Of a DNA stretch of 32,400 bases, positions 1 to 7,400 are shown piece after piece. Under the pieces are notes generated by a model that worked only from the letters and a program-made list of their open reading frames with translations, was not told where the DNA came from and searched no databases. Each line of letters begins with the position of its first letter. Position 1 is the first letter of the stretch. The stretch spans positions 1 to 32,400 of the forward strand of contig JAIXRX010000179.1 in assembly GCA_027485005.1 (NCBI GenBank), read 5' to 3'. The position numbers and the translations under genes were made by a program. Source of the DNA: Alphaproteobacteria bacterium. GTDB lineage: Bacteria; Pseudomonadota; Alphaproteobacteria; Rickettsiales; JAIXRX01.

Positions 1-54
1 GCGCCTAGAGTATGACCTACTTAGTAGTTTTCGAGGTATCAAAAATCCTGACCT

Positions 55-366
55 TCAGCGCAAGGTATTATTGCTTGTACAGGCAATGACAAGAGAAGAG
101 TAAAAGGAGGAGGGGCTATAGTATCCCTTCATTGCCGAAGTAGTAATGATTGGATCAAAGATTCCAATCCAAGGAACCTCGCTCCAACGACCTTCACCTA
201 CACTGGCTTTAATGTGCCAATTATTATCCGGTATGGTTATCCTATCATTTATGAGGATAGGAACAGACTGCCGAAAAAGCATTCCCAATGGATGGGAAGC
301 AAAGGGCTGATCTTTTGCCTTTAGATATTCTTCGGATATTTTATTGATTGCATCGCGTAGCTGCAT
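55..366 (-). CDS. MrcB-N/DUF3578-like domain fragment (N-terminal DNA-binding domain of McrB-type type IV restriction proteins), probably a truncated remnant
   Basis: The translation contains GEGRWSEVPWIGIFDPIITTSAMKGYY, the signature block of the DUF3578/MrcB N-terminal domain. The ORF ends about 20 aa later in a low-complexity tail, and no NTPase part follows before the window edge. Confidence 0.5.
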   Translation of the reverse strand: MQLRDAINKISEEYLKAKDQPFASHPLGMLFRQSVPILINDRITIPDNNWHIKASVGEGRWSEVPWIGIFDPIITTSAMKGYYSPSSFYSSLVIACTSNNTLR

Positions 367-410
367 ATTGCTCTCCAGCGGTTATTCAGAATCTCTACTA
401 ACTTTATAAT

Positions 411-598
411 ACGTTGACTGGCGGATTCGCTAGGGGAGAAACGAACTAAGAAAACGGGCAACATTGGCGCAAGAGAAAAATCTCCGGTCAACGCTCTAGA
501 ATGACGCCGGGAACGTGCGCGGCTGAGCGGCTGAAGCCATCTAAGTCATTGAAAAACAAGGGTAATTGGTGGAGAGTAGTCAGGGCGAACCGCTGTCA
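411..598. repeat. Direct repeat copy A (~165 bp conserved unit) ending in a degenerate tRNA-Ala 3'-end remnant (567-598)
   Basis: Positions 411-530 align without gaps to 1961-2080, with 12 mismatches in 120 nt by hand count. Positions 567-598 (tggtggagagtagtcagggcgaaccgctgtca) match the reverse complement of the 3' end of the tRNA-Ala gene at 31980-32011 at about 23 of 32 positions, including the CCA, acceptor and T-arm core. Confidence 0.8.
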
Positions 599-924
599 TT
601 CTACGAAAATATATCATTAAATTACAGTCTCTTGCGTGATGATAAGTAAAGCGGAGACACTTTTCTATTTTGCTTTGATAGATACAGGGTGCCCTAGACG
701 CACTTTATGGCGAAGCTTAAATCATAGAAGGCACCTTGGTTCTTTAGAGTATTATCTAAATAGGCTAATTTAAAGACTGAGTAGTTTGAAAATGCTGTTC
801 TTTCTTCTTTATGTATTTCTTTCATACGTGGGTGACCATTCAAATATTCCTGTCTAGCTAGCGTGGTTATGCGTGTTCAGAAATAAATAAACATAGAGAG
901 TTCTCTGCTTTTTTAGAGGAAGGC

Positions 925-953
925 TTGACTTGTGTACGGCATTGCCGTATATA
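925..953 (+). promoter_or_regulatory. Sigma70-like promoter of the toxin-antitoxin operon (TTGACT, 17 nt spacer, TATATA), predicting a leaderless or near-leaderless transcript
   Basis: ttgact at 925-930, a 17-nt spacer, then tatata at 948-953. The toxin ATG is at 960 with no purine-rich SD in between. Confidence 0.4.
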
Positions 954-959
954 TAATAT

Positions 960-1283
960 ATGGAAATTATACGTACTCGTAACTACGCTAAGCGTGCCCG
1001 CAAGCTTCTCAAGGAAACAGAGATGCAGGCTGCTGAGGACGAAATTGCTGAGGCACCGGAAGCCTGGCCAGTGATTGCAAGCACAGGGGGCGTACGCAAG
1101 GCACGCGCAGCAAGGGGTGCATCGGGCAAAAGCGGTGGGGTACGTATTATCTATTACTACCTGGTCGTAGATGAGCAAATTTACCTACTCGATATCTACG
1201 CAAAGAATGAGCAAGAGAATATTACCGAAGCATCGAAAAAAGTGCTTCGGGAAACAGTGAAGATTTTGAAAGGAGAAGCATAA
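960..1283 (+). CDS. RelE/HigB-family type II toxin (addiction module killer protein)
   Basis: 107 aa. The block GKSGGVRIIYYYLVVDEQIYLLDIYAKNEQENIT is typical of RelE/HigB-like toxins. The toxin-first order and the TAATG stop/start overlap with the downstream HTH gene also fit. Confidence 0.8.
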   Translation: MEIIRTRNYAKRARKLLKETEMQAAEDEIAEAPEAWPVIASTGGVRKARAARGASGKSGGVRIIYYYLVVDEQIYLLDIYAKNEQENITEASKKVLRETVKILKGEA

Positions 1284-1723
1284 TGGCAAAGGCTATAAAA
1301 ACTTCGAAAGTGAAAAGTACTTCTAAGAATGGGCGCTACGTAAAACGTGATGCGGCCACAGGAAAACTATCGGTGCGTAAGTCTGCTGACAGTACAGTGA
1401 AAGCTAAAGTAGCGACCGATAAGCCTACAGAAGCAGATCTACGCTTAATGGATGCAGCGAAAGATATGCTGGCGCATCGTCGTGGCGAAGTGGCACTTGA
1501 AACACGCAAAGTGCGTGTGCCGCAAGAGATTGATGTTGCAGCTATTCGTAAAGAGCTTGGATATAGCCAGAGCGAGTTTGCCGATCAGTTTGGTTTCGCA
1601 CTGAGTGCCATTAAAGAGTGGGAGCAGAAACGCCGTGCCCCAGAACGTTCTACACGTATTTTACTTGCCGTTATTGCAACAAATCCTAAGGCTGTTGAGC
1701 AGGCACTACATCGTTTTATATAA
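1283..1723 (+). CDS. XRE-family HTH antitoxin (HigA/COG2944-like) with a basic N-terminal extension
   Basis: The C-terminal IRKELGYSQSEFADQFGFALSAIKEWEQKRRAPERSTRILLAVIATNP is a Cro/C1-type HTH as found in HigA-like antitoxins. It is coupled to the upstream toxin by a 1-nt overlap. Confidence 0.8.
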   Translation: MAKAIKTSKVKSTSKNGRYVKRDAATGKLSVRKSADSTVKAKVATDKPTEADLRLMDAAKDMLAHRRGEVALETRKVRVPQEIDVAAIRKELGYSQSEFADQFGFALSAIKEWEQKRRAPERSTRILLAVIATNPKAVEQALHRFI

Positions 1724-1960
1724 TTAATAATTTTCTGTGATTACTGGATACAGAAAGAACCAGTTCGTATGTCTATGTTGCCAGGTGAATTCACCGTTGC
1801 TCTTAAAACAGTTGAGAGTCTTTTAGATGGAATCAGTCTGGATGGAAAAGATGGTCTTCGACATTCATTCTTTTTTGGTAAGCCGGGAAGATTTACAAGC
1901 CCTTTTGGTAGGATGGGGGCTGAGATCTTCCACAATAGAAAGCAGTATATTCGTAACCGT

Positions 1961-2125
1961 ACGTTGACTGGCGGATTCGGCAGGGGAGAAACGGACTAAG
2001 AAAACGGGCAACATTGGCGTAAGAAAAAAGTCTCCAGTCAACGCTCGAAAACGACGTCGCGAACGTGCGCGGCTGAGCGGCCAAATCATCTAAGTTATTG
2101 AAAGACAACAAGAAAATTGGTGGTG
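1961..2125. repeat. Direct repeat copy B; ends in aattggtgg but has lost the rest of the tRNA-like remnant
   Basis: About 90 percent identical to 411-530 over the first 120 nt. Similarity then decays but re-anchors at aattggtgg (2115-2123), the same string that precedes or starts the tRNA-Ala 3' end at 31977-31985. Confidence 0.8.
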
Positions 2126-2259
2126 TGTGGTGATCACTCTCGACACTGTGCTCAGTATGTACGCTGATATCCCCCGAAATACAGCGTAAATTTTAAAATC
2201 AGCAGTGTAATGACCCATCAAAATCTCGATTTCGCTGCCAGATCATGCTATTAGCATGA

Positions 2260-3222
2260 GTGAATTTTTTGGCTATCAGGGTAAGAACAGGGAATCAACC
2301 CGTTACGGCCCAAATAGCTGGCGCACGGAATACTATGATCAATATCGGCATCGAGAAACATCAAGGGCTAGTCTACGAAGTGGACGCCAATCGCGGACGC
2401 CCGGTGTGGCCGACGCCTGTTATTACGCCTGCCATATTTGTATATCCAGCCGATGGGGAAATGAAGGCGGAGTCGTCAAATAATGTATTCGGCTATCGAT
2501 TTAGGGAAGACTCATACGATCCCATCGCCCGTATCAGGCGCGGAAGATTTTATAGCGCAGAAAATAGCTCGCAGCCTCAATACTGGCTGGTGTCGCCCCA
2601 CCCAGCTGTGCCAATGGAGTCCATTGCCCCCGATATCCACGCGCACAATAAGCAGCTGGAAATTTTCTATGGCAATCCCATTTGGCACAAGCATATCGAA
2701 GGGAAGCGTGAGCTGCCCCTGGTGCTTCTTGGCGCCGACGCGCGCTTCACTGCATGGACGATTATTAGCGTGGAAGCGATTGTGACAGGGGAAGATCTTG
2801 TTACGCTCAAAGCCAGGAGCAGCTTTGGGATATTGCCCAAAATCATTGATGCTAATGTGCCTGAAGCATTTAAGGCTAAGCTTACAGAAACACTGGCATT
2901 ATTTGCCGACGAAGTGCATAGGGCCAGCCCTGTGTCAGTCATTGACCGCGCGCGCGATGCTGCAACCCATGCGCTACTGGCCTATTTTCAGCTGCAAGGG
3001 AGCGATGCGCAAGATTTGGGCAAGCTGATTAAGCGCCTACAAGACGTAGATAAGGCCGTTGCCGCCAATGCCGCTAACATTATTGCCCGCTTGCACGCGC
3101 GCGCAAAACCATCAGAACAAGAAAAGCGCGAGCTACGATCGATCCGAGAGCAAGACGCGGAACTGGCAACCCAATGCCTAGGCGCATTGCTCTGTGAGAT
3201 TGGCTTGGCGGAATGGGCGTAG
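2260..3222 (+). CDS. Hypothetical protein, no domain recognised (GTG start at 2260; ATG at 2335 is an alternative start)
   Basis: Long ORF with coding-like composition, convergent with the HNH gene (13 nt between stops). It has a helical C-terminal half. I recognise no motif. Confidence 0.55.
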   Translation: MNFLAIRVRTGNQPVTAQIAGARNTMINIGIEKHQGLVYEVDANRGRPVWPTPVITPAIFVYPADGEMKAESSNNVFGYRFREDSYDPIARIRRGRFYSAENSSQPQYWLVSPHPAVPMESIAPDIHAHNKQLEIFYGNPIWHKHIEGKRELPLVLLGADARFTAWTIISVEAIVTGEDLVTLKARSSFGILPKIIDANVPEAFKAKLTETLALFADEVHRASPVSVIDRARDAATHALLAYFQLQGSDAQDLGKLIKRLQDVDKAVAANAANIIARLHARAKPSEQEKRELRSIREQDAELATQCLGALLCEIGLAEWA

Positions 3223-3235
3223 CTGCTGAGTTGGC

Positions 3236-4402
3236 TTATTCCCGAATCAGTCGTCCAATTTTATGGTACAGATTTTCTTTCACGACGTCACGATCTGCAC
3301 CATGGTGCAGACGGCGGTGACAATTAGGGCATAACGCTACCGCATTGCTGATTGTGTCACTTCCACCATCCGCGAGAGTGCGAATATGGTGAACCTCTAA
3401 AAATGGCTCTCCAGCAAAAGTTACAAACGGTGCAGCGCTGTCACATGACTCGCAGTGTCCCGCCGCTTGTTGACGCACATAGGTGACTACCGTTGCCAGC
3501 CTCTCATAAGCAGTAGCGGTTCTTTCAGTGCGGGCGGGCTGACTATTGCCAGTTGGAGGGGTGATAAACTCATGCTCTTTGAGCTTTTCTGCGCGCTCCT
3601 CGAGCACACTTACATCGCTTGTGGGCTGATAGATGCCAGTATCGACATGCCCCAGCGCCTCTAAATAAAACGTTATTTTCTCTTTACCCGCGGGCCCCAC
3701 ATGTCGAGCGGGCGTGTACCCTTTTATGTAAGGATAGGACAGTTCGTCGAGAATAGCGGAAATATTGCGCATCCGAAAGCTGAGTGAGGCAAGCGTGCGA
3801 TTGCTAAGCTCGTCCTCCAATAGTCGTAATAGCACATTGTTCTTGTTATAGGTTATGCCGGCCTTTTCTAGAGCAAGCATTTCTAAGTAACCCTTCACCG
3901 CTGCTTCGAACTCTTTGTCAGTCCAATGATCGGTTTCATCGGATGTTGTGGCAACAGCTGGAAAATCACCCGTGGTTTTTGACAGTACCCAAAACCCTAG
4001 AGGATCAGTGTGCTTGGATGGCTCAATAGCGCGATCTTCACAGAATTTCTGAAAAGCCTCGACCATGGTTGTGTAATTTGCAGAGCCACTTTCCACCCGA
4101 TCTTGAACCAATACCTGGTCTAAATAGGCGCGTCCGCGGCCACGATACACTTTCTCGCCAAGCGCTTCCCATTGCTCGAGGGTTTTTCTGTCGTGAAAAG
4201 CCACGTAGGCTCCTGGACAAAAATCAAAGCCACCATCTGGATTGGCTACAGCGACGAAGCGTTTTGCATTCTTAATCCTGCCGCGAAAGAATTTCTGCTC
4301 CGCAGGCGTGCCCTTTTCCAAGGCCATGAATCTACGAAAACCAGCATGCAAATCCTCATAGGATGCAACTAGAGCCATTGAAGAGTTAGACATATTATCC
4401 AT
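3236..4402 (-). CDS. McrA-like HNH endonuclease with an N-terminal/central putative DNA-recognition region
   Basis: The C-terminus CESCDSAAPF...LEVHHIRTLADGGSDTISNAVALCPNCHRRLHHG is a canonical HNH (CxxC...HH...N...CxxC H) motif. The central WTDKEFEAAVKGYLEM...NRTLASLSFRMRNISAILDEL block resembles the head domain seen in McrA-type HNH proteins. The start overlaps the stop of the upstream 1711-aa gene (ATGGATAA). Confidence 0.85.
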   Translation of the reverse strand: MDNMSNSSMALVASYEDLHAGFRRFMALEKGTPAEQKFFRGRIKNAKRFVAVANPDGGFDFCPGAYVAFHDRKTLEQWEALGEKVYRGRGRAYLDQVLVQDRVESGSANYTTMVEAFQKFCEDRAIEPSKHTDPLGFWVLSKTTGDFPAVATTSDETDHWTDKEFEAAVKGYLEMLALEKAGITYNKNNVLLRLLEDELSNRTLASLSFRMRNISAILDELSYPYIKGYTPARHVGPAGKEKITFYLEALGHVDTGIYQPTSDVSVLEERAEKLKEHEFITPPTGNSQPARTERTATAYERLATVVTYVRQQAAGHCESCDSAAPFVTFAGEPFLEVHHIRTLADGGSDTISNAVALCPNCHRRLHHGADRDVVKENLYHKIGRLIRE

Positions 4403-7400
4403 TCTTCGGTCCCCTTTTAAGATCTTCTTCTAGGCGATGCGCTTCTGGAACCCCACAACGCACCAGTCCAGCCAGCAAATATTCAAGACTGGTGCGCAAA
4501 GACTGATCCGTTGATAAGACAGCACCATCAATTTCTAAGACTGTTCTAAACCAAGCGCACAGCCGTCGCCCAATACTGTGTTCAATCCAGAACGTGTTGT
4601 CAGATGAATACCCTGTCAGCCATGCGTTACCAGCGGCAATGACGAACGGTAAATGTGCTGCCCTAGGAGATACTTCGATTAGGTTAAGAGTGACGATTGC
4701 AAGAAACAGGCATGGGCCACCTGTGACCAGTTCTTGCAATGTGGGTAGGAAGGGATGCAGGCGGTCAACGCCTTTTGACAGCAGGTAACATTTTGCATTG
4801 CTGAGCATGTATTCGTTAAAGAAAATAGCTCCGAGTGCGGGGGCGATATGGAATTCAATGGTGTACGCTCGATCACGAGCAAGCCAGTACCACCCGCGGC
4901 TGGTCATCATGCGGCGAGTGAACGCAGCGCGTATGTGTATTGCTTGCGCTTCTTCCAGCCCTCGATCGTTAAAATACACATGGTCAATGCTTGGCAGAAA
5001 GGTAGCGATGGCATCGAAGAAGGATTCATCAGGCAACGAAGCAATCGGTGTAAGCGCAAGTTCGTCAATCCCTGCTAAATCAAGCCCTGGAAGGCAATGG
5101 GCTAGTAGGTCGAAATAAGTATTATTCCATTCTGTGGGCGGATCGCTCACGTCATCATCTAGGGCAAGACCCGCACCGTTTGCGGCCATTGTCCAAGCGC
5201 TGTAGGTTTGCGCGATATCACGTAGCCATGGTCTTTGAACGACATTGGAAAGCTTTACGACACTTTTGAGCCATAGTGCTGCTCCTTGAGATTCTACATA
5301 TTGATCTGGGAATGTACCTTCTACTTTACACTCCTCAGGCTGTTTCTTACCCCCCGGTACACGAAGACGCCGCTTAGGGCGCGCTGGTTCTACTGGAAAC
5401 TGGGGCCATTCAGGCTCTGGGTGCGTGCCGTTAAGCCATGCTATCTCCGCATCTACAGCTGCTTTAACTTGCCGCTGGTGTTTTCTTGCTCGCGCTGCAG
5501 CGTTTTTCTTCCGTTCATCCCACAGGCCTCTGTTAGGCTTAATTCGGGTGGCAAAAGCACAGCGCAGTATCGCGCGCGGTAGACGCTCATCAAGAGCAGC
5601 GATAGTATCCGCCACTGCTGCAAAACCGTGTGCTGCTGCTGGATTATCGCGCGCGGCAACTTCCAAAATGACAAGAATATCATCGCTAGAAACAGCATCT
5701 TTCAGCAGAAGAACCATCCCGACAAAGGCTATGGCAATTGGATTATACCGCAGGCCGGAACGTACCCAGTGGACAGAATCATCCTCACTTTGCATAGCAA
5801 GTGCAAATGTTTCGCGTATCCACGCTGCGTGCTGCGTACGTAACTCGGCACTGCCATCTCTAACAGCAACTAAGGCAGCAATACAAATCGCCTCATCCCG
5901 CATTTTCTGTTCATCTTCATCGCCATCCTGAGTTTTTGCGTTCTGTGCCCATGTGACCGCTGCTTCCGCAAATTCAGGAGAGGCGCGTTCAGGATGATTT
6001 AGGATGATGCTCAGAGTCATCTGCATATTTGCATCTGTTACCCGCTCCTTATGGGCTTCCTGTATTGGTTCAAGATGCTTAGCCTCGGACTCAGGAGGCA
6101 CGTACTGACGCACCGTTGTTGTTGAGCCATCTTTTAATGTGACAGTGGCTTTCGGCCAATTAGCCGGATCAGCAAGGTTGAGGGCATGGAGAACCGTGAA
6201 AGCAGGGTCACTTAGGTCTGATTGTGTATCTGGTGGTCCTAATCTTTCGGCTTCACGACGTAAGTTCGTAGTAAGAGTTGCCCGTAATTCATCTGGCCCA
6301 TGAACGGCGTACTGACCAATAAGCTCTTCAAGGTTGTAGCGTCTTGAGGCTCGTTCTTGCAGGCTGGCCACACTGGATGCTCCGCCAGGTTCTTTTTGCA
6401 GCCCTTTGATGCCAAAAATATCAGGATATTCATAGTGATCATGCACCTTACGCTCACGGTCGATGCAAAGAAGCTCAGGGCAGGAAAGAAACGGGACTGC
6501 TGCTTCACGTGACTTCGGCCAGTGCGATATTAGCAGATCAACTGCTACCAATAGGAAACATGCAGGTACGCTCGACGAGCCAAGAACATCGTTCAAAACT
6601 TTATCAAAAGGCTCTCCGGCTTCAATGCGACGATGCGCCCAGGCTTCAAGTGCCATAAGGGCTGATTTCACGCAGTCTTCGCTCGTGCCCTTTTCGCGCG
6701 ACCACATATATGTTTGTTCCCATGGAAACACCCGCTCACCATCGGGAAAGTATATTGTGATGTTATTATTTCCATGGGGCTGTCCCCGGCTACGGAACGA
6801 AACATCATAGTCAACTAGGCGACGAATCAGTGGTAGGCCATGTTCTGGGGCGGCGGTGAGCAGTTCTAAGAATGGCCCTTGATTGGGCGATGGTGGAAGG
6901 AACTCATGGTCAATAAACCCGAAAGCTCTTTCATGCCTATATCGGCGCTCGTATTCTGGCTCTAACTTTTCCTCTTGGATAAGCGCTGCTGCTGTGAATT
7001 CTGCTAGCTCCTTTGGCACTGCACTTGCAAGTGCACCACGGAATTTCAGGACGCTACGCACCACTTCATCATTATGATTACGCTGCATTAGGGATTGCAG
7101 ATATTGGGCCGCCAGCTCGGGTGTTTGATTACAGAATAATAGGAATCCCGTGCGAAGGGCGGATTCGAGCGAGGCAAGCTGCTCCCGGTCAAGCACACCT
7201 CCAAACACCTCATACCGAGTGCGCCATTCTCCCTCACGTGACTCTTCGATTTCATTCAGCCATAAATAAAGCCAGTGCAGCAAACGGGGCGTTAAAGGAT
7301 CAAGACCGATGGTGCCCATAGACCATTTAGTGTAAACATTAACTGCGTCAGGAATGGCCACTGCAGGAAGGTCTTTATCAAGAATCAGTAACCAAGTGAG

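Noticed and set aside
567-598. The tRNA-like remnant as part of a tmRNA (ssrA) gene.
   Set aside because: Only the 3' acceptor/T-arm image is present, it is degenerate (the T stem does not pair well), and no tag-reading-frame or pseudoknot-like sequence is evident on the appropriate side. It is best explained as a decayed att copy of tRNA-Ala.
792-857. A 21-codon hydrophobic mini-ORF (MLFFLLYVFLSYVGDHSNIPV) upstream of the TA operon, considered as a type I toxin.
   Set aside because: There is no SD, no evident antisense RNA partner or terminator, and the region is AT-rich, where such ORFs arise by chance.
411-2125. The two palindromic-stem repeats flanking a TA cassette, read as integron attC sites.
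   Set aside because: The arms read 5'-GTTGAC...GTCAAC-3', the opposite arrangement to attC (RYYYAAC...GTTRRRY). There is no IntI-type tyrosine integrase or attI in the window, and the repeats end in tRNA-like sequence, which points to att-site remnants instead.
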